64,000 nucleotides of DNA from Okamejei kenojei (Eukaryota): positions 8,494,001 through 8,558,000 of the forward strand of contig CM069174.1 of NCBI GenBank assembly GCA_035221665.1, in the 5' to 3' direction. Shown here piece by piece: positions 24,522-36,690 of the stretch. The first letter of the stretch is position 1; every line of letters starts with the position of its first letter. Below the pieces are notes generated by a model that did no database searches, was not told the DNA's origin, and saw only the letters and a program-made list of their open reading frames with translations. A program made the position numbers and the translations under genes.

Positions 24522-25246
24522 CTACAAAGGAGATGACAGAGCAAATATAGGATTTATTACACACAACCCATTTTTTACATTGCTTTCTCAACTATGGATA
24601 AGTGATACCATACTTGTTCTTGAACACCCCAATGGACAAAATAATCACAGCCTCACAGCAAGTGTTATGCATCAATTACTCGGAATAATAGCTGAAAATG
24701 TTTCAAGTGGAATGATAGGAGACATGTGCATGCCAACACCAACCCCCACCCGTTTCTTCTCAATGGCAACCATAATGCTGGACACAAATTTAATATTTAG
24801 ATGTTTGACTTGTATTTTGCTGGAAAGAAGCATGTGCGTTCTCCCTGTGACTGCGTGGGTTTTCTCCCACATCCCAAAGATGTGTGGGTTAATTGGCCCT
24901 CTGTGAATTGAGTAGAACTCACCAATGTGATCCAAAGCAGAACCCCATCCCTCCCTGCCCTGCACATGTTTTGGCAAGTAAAAGAGGTAACCAATGTCAG
25001 AACTTAATCACACTGGAGTACATTTCTGGCCTTCAATTGATATTTACAATTACTACAGAACAAGTGGACCGACTCCGGTTCCTATGTCAGTGTGACATTG
25101 CAAGTGACGCACACACCTGTCCTACAGCAAACTCAAACGGGAATTTGACACCAGTTTGGTTTGTGTGCCATCTTGGACAGAACAATGAACAGAGGCAGCA
25201 GAGAGCCGTCACTCCATAGAGACAAGCACAACACTGAAATACTTGC

Positions 25247-25364
25247 CTATCTCCAAGAACCTCTCTACTCTGCAGGTCATGGTGAACTCTTTCCTGTGGG
25301 CAGGACCCGATTCTTGAGTCACTGTATATTCTGGGAGTCTCCATCCTTTCTGAACCACTAGCTC
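25247..25364 (-). CDS. TARBP2: TARBP2 exon (dsRBD2), ending in a GC donor
   Basis: [39 protein letters not shown]+G|gcaagt; 118 nt. Confidence 0.95.
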
Positions 25365-26678
25365 CTGGAAAGAAAGAGCACACACTAAACGGAAGATTAC
25401 TGAAAGCATTTGTCCAAAGACATTAACCCACAATTATCAGGATACAAATTGGCCCTCTCCCTATCACAAACCTCCCAAAACTGCACGCCACCTCCTTGCC
25501 AATGAAACTTGTGCTTCCATGAGAATTTTCACAAAACCCATTGCACAACTTTGCTCTAAAGTATTGCCTCGTTGATGGAGAAAAATCATATTGGGGATAA
25601 ATGCAGTTTTAAAACCGGCTTCATCTTACCCATGCGAGTAGCCCGTGAACATGAATATACAGACAAAAAATGATGAAAATCCCATGTGTCAAATAACCGG
25701 AATCATACAATTCCCTGTATACCAAACCAGTGCCTAACACATCCAAGACACTACAGAGTCTGGTCTCTATATTACAAAAAAGGTACAGAGGAACTGGTGA
25801 GGAAGCGAGCAAGATTTGTTGGAATGGCACCAGCTCAAAATGTATAACTTTCAGAAAAAACTCAACAAGCTGGGGCTTTTTCTCCGAAACAAGGGAGAAG
25901 AGCTCTGATAGAGCAAGAACGAGAAAAATATAGTCAAAGCTGCAGCCCAGAAATGTAAGGAGGTCTCTAATAAACCCTTCAGGCAATTTGGCAGAAGCTT
26001 CACTCCTTGGAGTGGTTACAATGTGGAAACGGTCATCGGAAAGCATGGTTAAAAAGAAAAGGCTCAGCTGGATCAGGTGGATAGCTGGATAAACACAAAG
26101 GGGAAAAAATGGGATAAGGTGATGGATAAAGCAAAGTGATGAGATACATGCGTGCGGCTTAAACGCTGATTCAGACCTGTTAGGTTGAATTTTCTGCTTC
26201 AATTAAGTCTATGTAAAGCTACGGAGCTTAAAAATGCCAAAGGGAGATCACATGCAAACTGGAGGAACAGCACCTCATATTTTGCTTGCATCTATTTTTT
26301 TTAAGCTTTCCTGTGCCCCCCCCCCCCGTGCGCACCCATTTCTCCCATTATCATGTCCACCTATATCCATCCCATTGGCTTTAAATTTCACACATCTTCT
26401 CTCTTTATCCAACACCCCTTTGTCTCCTTTTCATCTCTACAATTTGTTCACCCATCTGCCCATCAAACCCCCCACTCACCAATTCACCAGGCTTTGTCCC
26501 ACCCCCACCTCTTTTCCAGCTCCCCCCCACTACAATCGGCCGGAGGGTGGGTCCCAACCCGAAGCGTCGCCTATCCATGTTCTCCGGAGATGCTGCCTGA
26601 CCCACAGAGTTACTCCAGTACTTTGTGTTGAACTTGAAAATATAATGTATTCTCGGATTCGGGGAAAGAAATAAATAC

Positions 26679-26751
26679 CTGTAGGGCTCCCACGGGGTTG
26701 CATTCCGCCAACTGCGCGGAGCTGGAGCTTTTAGATTCATTTCCAGAGATT
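26679..26751 (-). CDS. TARBP2: TARBP2 exon (linker and start of dsRBD2)
   Basis: A+ISGNESKSSSSAQLAECNPVGALQ|gtattt; 73 nt; conserved ECNPVGALQ. Confidence 0.92.
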
Positions 26752-29700
26752 CTGGAAGAGAAAAATACAAAATAATAGAACAATGAGAAGTATCAATTTG
26801 TAAATATTCTTAGAAACAAGGCACTGCAGATGCTGGTTTACACAAAAGTGCTGGAGTAACTCAGTGGGTCAGGCAGCATCGTTTGGAGAATGTGGATGGG
26901 TAACGTTTCAGGTCGGGACCCTACAATTGGTCTGAAGAAGGGCCCCGACCTGAAATGTCACCTAGCCATATTCTCCAAAGATTTTTCAGCCTGACCCGCT
27001 AAGTTACCCAGCATTTTGTGTAAATACTGTTCATTTGTTCTTAACATGACTCTTCACAGTCACTCCTCCCCCAAGCGAGTGGAAGGAACACAGCAAAGCC
27101 ACTCACTCTTGGGCCTCTGTGCAAGCCCATTGCTCACTGATTCATTGGTACCAGGTTTCGAGGAGCGATGCCACAGTGATCTCTGAAAATGACCTTGTGA
27201 AGCTCTTTGGGCTAATGGGTACAGAAGGTCAATGTACTTTTCAGTCATGCACCAAGTGCCCCACAGTGGCAATGCTTGGGATTTGGGAGAGATAGATGAT
27301 ACAAGACAATTCATTAAATAGTGACTTACAAGATCCAGAAACTTAAAAAAAAGCTTGCCAAAGCTCATAGTTCATGGACTATTGCATAGCAGGATACTAG
27401 AAAATACTTAAGGACATAACACATTGAGGATTTTCTTTCATATCTAGCCTCTATAGCGACTCGTCTTAAATTGACAACTCAAGTCTTCAACGAATTAGAG
27501 CCTAATAACTTTGAGATTATGTCAGTGGACCAGGAATGCAGGATGTTTCAAGTACAAGTAGCAAGTTGTGAAATTGAATTAAATAAATCCAGCAATGTGT
27601 GCACTTGAATAATTCGACAAAATGGCGGAGCACCAATGCAAATTCCTTGTATGTGAATACTTGGCCAATAAACTTACTTACTTAAAAAATACCACAAAAT
27701 GATTCTGATTAGTTGGATCTGACCCGGCCTCAGCCTGGATCTGCACCCATGATAATCCAATGCTATATCATTGATTTTCTTAGTATCCTCAAATCAACAA
27801 GTATAATTTTGCCAACGTTTCTTGCATTCCATGAACATTTTGATTTGCAAGGATGACTCTCCCTTGGTTTTGTGAGCACAAGTGCTTTAACATAGACAAG
27901 GTTAGAACCATTCCACATTTACATTGCATATCCAAATTCATCATGGGCAACTGGTACGCTGTTTTAGAGTAAGAATCATACAGTATGGAAACAGGCTCTC
28001 CGGCCTGTCTTGTCCATGCCGACCAAAATGCCCCACCTTAACTAGTTCCATTTGCCCGCGTTTAGCCCATAGCCTTCTAAACCTTTTCTATCCATGTACC
28101 CGTCGATGTGCCTTTTAAATGTTATTGTACCTGCCTCAATTACATCATCTGACAACTCATTCCATATACCCACCACCCTCCTCCTTTCCAGCCAAGAGTA
28201 GTTCCACTCTTCTGCCCCTGAACGAGTAGATTGAGCACCTGGACACATTCTACTAAAGGTATGGTATGGAGTAACTCGGCATCATTGAATATTTTCGAGT
28301 TAAACGGAAAGGGGTTATTTTCAAAATTAAAAACTACATTTGCACACCACCTTATCACGTCCGTTGGAAACATTTCTGAAGCACTTCACATAATGGAGTT
28401 TAGCGACTGTTGTGCAGGCAAGCGCAGCAGCTACTTTGCGCACTGCAAAATCCAATATGTCATTGGCTTATTATTGTCACATATACTGAGATATAGTGAA
28501 AAACTATTTTGCGTGCTATCTGGAAAAATCATACTGTACATGAGTACATCAGGTAAGAAAAAGGAGAAAATAAACACCTCGCAGAATAATGTTACAGCTG
28601 CAGAGAAAGTGCAAATTTTTTAAAAGCGCAATGGCCACAACAGGATGGATTGGAAGATCAGAAATTCATCTCGAGCATATGATAGGTCCGTACAAGAGTC
28701 TGATAACAACAGGACAGAAACTGTTCTCAAATCTGGCGGCATGTGCTTTCAAGCTTTTGTACCTTCTGCCTAATAGGAGAGTGGAGAAGAGGAAAGGACC
28801 GGGGTTCGAGTGGTCTCTGCTTCCACGACGCAATGTGAAATATAGATGGAGTCGATGGATGGTGTGGCGGTCGGCGGGGAGCTGGTTTGTGTGCGAACTG
28901 ATTTGTGAATGGCAATGAAACAAACATCTTTGGATGGTGCTGGCCTGGACACCACAGAATCTCTCTACATGCATTTGAATAGCATTGAGGGACATTTGTA
29001 ATCCTTATCTACTTTACATTTAAAAAGGGCAATTCCAAGCATCTCACGAATAGCAATCACCACTAGGGGTGTCATACAGCACAGAAACAGGCCCTTCAGC
29101 CCAACCTGGCCATGCTGGCCAAGATACTCTATTTACACTAGACCCACCTGGCTGAGTTTGGCCCATAGCTATCTAAACCTTTCTTATCCGCGTACCTGTC
29201 TAAATGGCTTTCAAATGTTGTTATAGTACCTGTCTCAACTACCTCTCTGGCAGCTCGTTCCTTACATCCATCACCTGCTTTACTCAACAGTCAGATCATC
29301 TAGACGGGTATCGTTAAGAGTACTCTGGATTACTGCATTTTATTCCTACCTATAGCTAACACCACCATGAGTGTATTAAGGCAACAAAATATTGTACTGA
29401 TTAGTAAAATATTAATTTTCAATCAATAGATTCTTGACTAAAAAGAGTTGGATCAATCAAAACTGCACCAAGGGAAGACTGTGAGTAAGTGGCCTTGGAG
29501 AACTGAAGAAGTTACTATGTTTAACTACAAGTAGCAAAGAATTTCATGTCAAATTTATCTTGTCATTCCTGAGACACTCCCACTGAAATGTTTGCATTTG
29601 TGAAACAAGATGAAATAGAAAAACAGTGGAGAGACTGTCACCAAGTTCTGGACAGTCAGATTGTCCAACTCATTTCCATTAAAACATGTGGCGTTCCCAG

Positions 29701-29834
29701 GTGTATTTCAGTAAAGTTCAACTATGAATAAAATTGATAGACACAACATGTGAAATGACATTTGATATTTTTCATATGGAGTGAAGGCGGCACAAAGTCC
29801 CAGATCCAATTTCGCGCCTGCACTTGGAAGAAAA

Positions 29835-30010
29835 GGAATTTGCATTCACATAGCGCCATTATCATAACTTTCAAAAATGTTCCATAATATTCAGACAATA
29901 ATTTGCTTTGAAATGCAGTGACTTATGTAGGCAAATGCAGCAGCCATTTTGCGCATAGCAGTGTCCTGCAACTGGCAATGAGAGGAGTGACCAGTCAATC
30001 AAACTTTGGG
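29835..30010 (-). mobile_element. Ancient DeuSINE-like (SacSINE1/AmnSINE1-type) fragment
   Basis: GCTATGCGCAAAATGGCTGCTGCATTTGCCTACAT core with a GGCGCTATGTGAATGCAAAT tail; related copies at ~22040, ~28400, ~34900, ~47150 and ~57400. Confidence 0.6.
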
Positions 30011-30570
30011 GGCACTAATCCAGAGAGACATTTAGGCCGTAGAACATGGGTGTGCTTTTTTGGGGGTAAAAAGTACACGTGCCAACCAATTTTTCACATC
30101 CACCTCAACCATTGGATCTCGGTTCACCGTTTCATCAGAGCAGCACCTCTGAATGCAGAAATCCTTCAGATCGGCACAGAATTTTAACTGGGACAGCAAA
30201 GAGGGGAACAACAATAGAATGGACAAGGGTTGTGAGGAGGGGTGATAACTGTTACAAGATTTCCGCTCATGATCACCAGCCAGTGTCCTCTGGTGAAAGT
30301 GCAGATGTGAACAATAGGGGTGCACGGTAATTAACATCACTGTGTACAGCTGCAAAATCCAACATGGTTAAAGCAGATCAATGTTTGCTGCCAAGGATCG
30401 CCTCCAGAAATTACTGGGCAATCACCAGGAAACTTTGGAATGGTTTCCCTGCATATGTCACTGCCTTTAGGAGAGGTGGGCGTGAGAGAGGGGGCAGTTA
30501 AAGGTTTGAACGTCACCGTCACACGATGGAATAGAAAGCTCTTTCCAGGTGCAATTAGCTATTCACGTAC

Positions 30571-30673
30571 TTGACTCCATCCAACATAGGCTCCAACATG
30601 TTTCCTCCCTTTAGTAATTTCAGGGCAGCTTCTGCTGCCTTGTGCTTTGCTGCCTTTTTGCTAGGCCCCTGAC
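30571..30673 (-). CDS. TARBP2: TARBP2 exon 3 (dsRBD1 helix 2)
   Basis: (G)QGPSKKAAKHKAAEAALKLLKGGNMLEPMLDGV+AA|gtacgt; 103 nt; absent from the ORF track. Confidence 0.95.
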
Positions 30674-33301
30674 CTGAGGGGGGGGGAAAAACATCAATTA
30701 AAACACAAAGTACGATTTAAATAAAAGTCACAAAACAGGTGCACGACACAGTACAACCAGTTTCATCAGCCACTTCAGCCTTGAAACCCCAGGGATGAAC
30801 TGATTACACTGTTAGACAAATTTGAATAACTTGTCTCAAAGCAGAAAGGTTTGAATCCTTTTTTAAAAGAGGGATGTTTGCCAGATGAGTCAAGTGTGTC
30901 TTTGTTGCCAGCACACGCAATTGGGTGAGAATTGTACCATTAAACTCCACCAGTGCACAAGTATAAGTATACAATATAGGCCAATATCTCAGTTCAGCAG
31001 ATAGGGATCACTGCATTAAAGAACAAAACTCCACTTTTATTTGGTAAAAATCTCCTGTCACTGGAAGAAAACCTGACGACCTGATCAAAATGTTCTTCAA
31101 CCAACAACCCACACACATCCCCCCTCATCCTCTCTGTTATCAGGCTTCTGAACAGACCTTCCTTAAGCTAGGGTACTGTCCAATTCACCTCAACCCCATT
31201 GCGGACATTGGACTTTGTCTCTGGAACTGAAGCGCTAAAATGCTGAGAACTATATTCTGCACTCTGTATCTTTTCCTTTGCTCTACCTGTTGTACTTGAG
31301 TTAGACATGATTTTTTTCTAGGTATCGGAAAACAAACCTCTTCGGTACATGTGACAATAATAAACTTGTACCTAAACCAATGCTCAATGCTGTCTGTGGA
31401 TTATTAACACACAAAAAAAGGCACTGTGACTATTTATTGCATAAAATAGTCACAGCACTTCAAGGGCATCCACACAAAATGATTTACTTTTGGTTTGCAG
31501 CTCTTAAATGGTTTGTGCATGGGAAAACAGGTCACATCTGGCACACCAGCTCCACCTACAATAAACAACTGATTCCACGTGCTGTCATCTCATTTACAAA
31601 AGGGACATCAGTCTGCGGTTAAGGAAAGGTCGAATTCCCCTAGAGTTAAAAGCTTTTATTAAAGTTGATTCAACTAATTAAGGAACAGTTTTACGCAAAG
31701 AACGATGAGAAAGTGGTCCCGCATTAAATAGTTTTTGGCAGCTACTTGTGTATATATTCTTATATAAGTATTCTTTCAGGGTCAGTTACATAAGCAAATG
31801 TAGGAGGAAGAATAAATTGAAGACACTAAATGCTGGAGTAAATCAGTGGGTTAGGCAGCATCCCTGGAGAACATGGACAGGTGACATTTCGGGTAGGTGG
31901 ATATGGACATGGATATGTGATCCGAAACATCACTTACGCATTCTCCAGGGATGATGCCTGATCAGAAATTTGTGTCGTTCCTTGGTAAACCAGCATCTGC
32001 AGTTCCTCGTTTCTACGGGAAGGATAAATGCTAATAGGACAAGATGAAGCAGAACCATGTGGAGAACAAACTCTGGCATGGAGCAGATGGATCGGATGGC
32101 TTGTTTCTGTTCTCCAACTTTGATATAAAGATTTTGGTTCCAGATTGTCAGACCACATCCTGCTGGAGACCTCTTATTACAAATTTCCTTTCTGGAAAGT
32201 GAACAACTTGAACAGCGCTTCACAAGAGTCTGCTTTGGATTGGCAGCCATTACACACTGACCAACATGGGCATTTTTTCCAGTCATCAATGATGTCAGCA
32301 ATAATCCCATCAGAACATTTTGTCCTTGCCATCTCAGAACAGATACAAACACACAAACATCGCTGTTCTTCTTGCATGTCCATGAGAGTTAAATCAGGTT
32401 GCTTACTCAGCCAGATTAAATTCAACATTATAATCTTAATGGCTCCACACTCGGAACAGCACTGTACATCGAGCTGAAAAACAATGTTAACCTTGAAGAT
32501 AAATAAAAGCAAAATGGTGGAAACAGGCAGAAAACATCTGTGGAATGAGAAACAAAAGGTTTTTTTTTAGGCTGACAAACTGTTACCAGAAACAGGAAGA
32601 GATAGAAGTGCTTTAAGTTGCTGAGAAAGAGGAATGGTGGAGAAAACCATGTGGGCATATCGGTGAGAGTTGTCCTTCGCGTTTTTTTTTTATTAAAGCA
32701 GGTAACATCAATTTCTTCACATAGATAAGGTGTCATACTGCACAGAAAGCGTGGAAATATAAAGGAACATGGGAAAGGAAATTGGTTTCGAAAATTGCCA
32801 CCAACAAATAAACGAGGAATACCCAAGCATAAGTACGGATGCAAGGACGTAACAGAATTTGACCCTGTTCCCCACTCTGGTTGCAGGGAACATGAGCAAT
32901 TAATAAAATCATTGAAAGAAACAATTGCACGGTGGCAGAGCTTGAGACTAGCAGAAATTTCAGAACGCATTGTTCTGCTGAAATACTTTCCACCACGTCT
33001 AATTTCCATTTCCATGAAAAAAAACTTAAAATATCCCCCAAAACATGGAGATGTCTGGCACAGTAATAATCAATGAAATCATACCAGCACCACCAGTGCC
33101 AATTACCAGATCTTTATACAAACTGAGACCACTTTTTCCTTTAACACTGGAACCCCTTCGAACCCCACCGCAACCAATTCGAACAAAAACAAATGTTGAA
33201 CGTTGAAAAAATGCATTGCTACTTTCAAAGCGTACAAGTCGATTATCTATAGAAACCATCACAAACTCCCTCACCCTCCTTGAATAACTTGAGGCACAAA
33301 C

Positions 33302-33471
33302 CTGTGCAGTTAATATCTCCGACTGTCACTCGGAAAGTGAAATTGGGTTGGTGGGCCTGGCCCTCAGCTTTCAGCAGGTCATACACCGGTGTCTTTCCAA
33401 TCCTTGTTCCATACTCTTGTAGTAAACTAATTGGTGTCTTCCCAGGATTTGAGGCCAGCATTTGCTCAATA
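33302..33471 (-). CDS. TARBP2: TARBP2 exon 2 (dsRBD1)
   Basis: (S)IEQMLASNPGKTPISLLQEYGTRIGKTPVYDLLKAEGQAHQPNFTFRVTVGDINCT; 170 nt. Confidence 0.97.
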
Positions 33472-33600
33472 CTGCATAATAAAAAGATAAAACAGGTAAG
33501 TTTGTAGGATTTGGACAGAGGAGTGGTTTTCATGGATAAAGAGATCAAAGACTATTGTAGACATAAGGAACTGAAGATGTTGATTTCAAATGTTTGCAAA

Positions 33601-33772
33601 TAAAAAGACACAAAGTGCTGGAGTAACTCAGCAGGTCAGGCAGCATCTCTGGAGAACATGGAGAGGTGATGTTTCGGGTCGGGGCCCTTCTTCCGACCCG
33701 AAATGTCACCTATCCATTTTCTCCTGAGATGCTGTCCGACCTGCTGAGTTACTCCAGCACTTTGTGTCTTTT
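33601..33772. repeat. Fold-back pair of Penelope-derived terminal repeat units
   Basis: AAAAGACACAAAGTGCTGGAGTAACTCAGCAGGTC... is followed by its reverse complement ...GACCTGCTGAGTTACTCCAGCACTTTGTGTCTTTT; arms about 80 bp. Confidence 0.9.
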
Positions 33773-35049
33773 ATTTTCCAAAGACTGCTGTGGTTTAAAA
33801 AAAAATAAAATGGCATGGTGATGGCAACAGATTTTGCGGGGGTGGGGGGGGGGGGGGGAGCAGGACGTGTTCATGTAAAAATGTTAACATCAGCTCGCAT
33901 AGAGGCAGGGGGGGGGAAGATGTCCGATCACTAGATTAGTGGTGCTTTCCACTACTTGCGAGTGAGTCACCCAAAATATTTCCACCATCTATGCAGCACA
34001 AGATGATGTATGTATGATGTATGTTGAGATACTTTACACTTGACTATATGAGTATACTTTCCGCTCAACAGCATCCAGTACAAAGTTGCTTGGTTGATTA
34101 TCACCCATAAGGTTTACCTGCACCGTCACTACACGCACCCATACCAACTTGGGAAAATTGGCACCAGTGTTGCCTGATACATGATGACCCAGTAGCTGCA
34201 ATACGCACCACTTACAAAATGCACTGCAGTTACTTGCCTTGGCTACTGCGACAGCACCTCCTCACCTATGACTGCTACCACTAAGAAGAACAAAGGGCAA
34301 TGGGTCCAGGGGAACTCCACCAACAGCAGGATCTTCGTCAAGTCGCACACCTGCAACTCCCTCCCTGACAACATTGGAGCACTTTCACCAGAAGGCCTTC
34401 AAAATATAGCCATTATCTACTGATGGGCAATTGAGGATGGACAATAAAATACTAGCCTTGCCAATAATGACCACCTCCAGGAAAATGAATGAATAGAGAT
34501 ATGCATTTTGTGGATAAAATGATCTTGGCAAGACCATGATGGGATTGAGGGGAAGTGGGTAGAATAGTTTAATAAAAGGGTGAAAGGGGATTAGAACAAA
34601 CATTAGATAGGGGTGGGGTAAAGATCTCTTGTAAATTTAACCTGGCAGAGGAGAAAGGGGGTACGTCGTATGAACTTTAAGCATCTGTAGTGTTTCAATT
34701 TACTTTTGAAGTAAGAGTTGACCAGTTGGCCTCACTTGTTGTGACAATTAAAATGTTCACAAAAGTCTTTGCTAGTGTCGTTAGGGTGGTCGGTGGAAGA
34801 GACAATGTCGAGGAGCTGTTAGACCAAGGGCTTCGTCTGCTACTTCGGGTGAATGTAAAATATCTCATGAGGCAATTTAGAAGAACATAGTTCTCGTTGT
34901 TGCCTTGGAGGGCAACAACGAGGGTTATACTTCAACTAAAATCACAAAAGCTTATTGTCACGCTGATGTTTGGGGAAGCTTGCTGCACGCAAATTTGCGA
35001 TCGTGCTTCCTACAACACGACAGGGACGATGAAGAGAGTAAAAGTCTCC

Positions 35050-35520
35050 TTTAATGTGGCCAGGTTGCACCCGGCGGCAACGAACAAAGAGCTTCCCGTA
35101 AAGGGCCCGGTTGGACGAGCTGTTCCTCCGTACCTGGGACAGCTGGAATTCTTCTTCGCTGCAGCAGCGGCCCGATCCTCCGTCATCCCAGACAACGCTG
35201 GCGGTGATCGCGGCTCAGACAACGGCAGCGGCAGCGACTCCGGCTCCTCCACGGTCCCGCATAAGCGCTGGCGCGGATGCCACTACGCAGGCGCGCCGCC
35301 GCCGGCCCGCCACCATCGCTTCCGGTTGGGGGGTCAGGCGGCGGCGGCGAAAAGGGCGCGAAGGGCGCGAGGACGGAGAGCCAGCGACGACCGCCGCGTG
35401 ACGAGGGAGGAAAAAGCACGTTTCCCGATCAAAAGTACACTCAACCAAGCTACGTCTTCCAAAAATCCGCATTTTAAAACCTGTTCTAGCATGTAGTTAT
35501 CCCGCCCACCTTGTCAAGTT
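35050..35520 (-). promoter_or_regulatory. TARBP2: TARBP2 CpG island / promoter
   Basis: Dense CpG; ETS-like CCGGAAG at 35319-35325; GC-box-like CCCGCCC near 35501. Confidence 0.8.
35134..35186 (-). CDS. TARBP2: TARBP2 coding exon 1
   Basis: MTEDRAAAAAKKNSSCP+AG|gtacgg; 53 nt, phase 2 joins exon 2 (AG+T=Ser); lies in a CpG island. Confidence 0.88.
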
Positions 35521-35611
35521 GACTCGTTGCTCCTCCCACGAGTTCCCATCTTCCCCCCCCCCCCCCCTTCTCTCACCTCACTCGTCCCTTCACACCTTCC
35601 CCTTCAAATGT

Positions 35612-35639
35612 CTGAAGAAGGGTCTCGACCCGAAACGTC
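35612..35639 (+). ncRNA. Minimal hammerhead ribozyme motif (Penelope-derived repeat)
   Basis: Exact CTGAAGAAGGGTCTCGACCCGAAACGTC. Confidence 0.55.
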
Positions 35640-36044
35640 GCTTATTTCCTTCGCTCCTTAGATGCTGCTGCTCCCGCCGAGTTTCTCCAGCCTTTTGTGT
35701 ACCCTTTAAATGCCTCCATGCTTTCTTCTTCATTTTCCCTGAAATTGCTTTACTTGGATTCCCCATGGGATTTACTTAACTTTCCGCTTAAGAGTTGAAA
35801 GCAAAATCAAAACCATACTCCTCCTCCTGCCTGATGAATTTTCTTTGGTTCTCAGTGAGATAAAACACCAAATAACAAAGTACCTTGTCAAAAAGACATT
35901 TGGACATATACAGTAAAATGATTGTTGATAGTAAACAAGCCAATAGTCTTGCTAGAAGTTTATGAAATTACGAAGGGTATACATAGAGTAGACAACCCTT
36001 TTCCCAGGTGGCAATGTTAAAGACTGGAGGGTAATTCAATGTTC

Positions 36045-36690
36045 ATACCGTCACCCATTCCTTCTCTCCAGAGACTAACAATGGCCCGTTTCCTTTATCA
36101 TTGTTACTTTTTTGCATAGTATTCATTCAATTGTTTTATATTCCTACATCGTCGTATATCTCTCTTGTTTCCCTTTCTCGTGACTCAGTCTGAAGAAGGG
36201 TCTTGACCCGAAATGTCACCCATTCCTCCTCTCCACAGCTGCTGCCTGACCCACTGAGTTACTCCAGCATTTTGTGTCTCTCAATGTTCATACCATTGGG
36301 ATGCAAGCTACCCAAGTGGAATACAAAGTTCTGTAACTGCAGTTTGTGTGTGCACTCACTTTGACAATGGCGGAAGCCCAGGGCAGAAATGTCAGAATGG
36401 GAAGAGGGGTTGAAATGGCTAGCAACTGGGAGATCCAGTAGGCAGGCCTTGGTGGACTGAGCATCATCTAATGCATCCCGTGTTCATCATGTGAAATGTA
36501 CATCGCAAAACCAAACGTAGACACAAAAAGCTGGAGTAACTCAGCGGAACAGGCAGCATCTCTGGAGAGAGGGAATGGGTGACATTTCGGGTCAAGACCC
36601 TTCAAACGTAGACTCAGTCGACTGTTTCGCTGAACACTTGCGCTCAATCTACCAAGGCCTGCTAGATCCCTTGGTTGCTAACCATTGGTG
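36045..36690. mobile_element. Nested Penelope-like fragments in both orientations
   Basis: Terminal-repeat unit at ~36075-36278, antisense GIY-YIG C-terminal remnant at ~36280-36510, and a DCFAEHLRSIYQGLLDPLVANH remnant at ~36615-36686. Confidence 0.65.

Noticed and set aside
25621-26202. 193-aa minus-strand ORF in a TARBP2 intron
   Set aside because: It is antisense to a degenerate CR1/L2 RT remnant and has no recognisable protein similarity.
34897-35496. Overlapping long ORFs at the TARBP2 and PLEKHA3-like (54534-55115) 5' ends
   Set aside because: Expected stop-codon depletion in GC-rich CpG islands.
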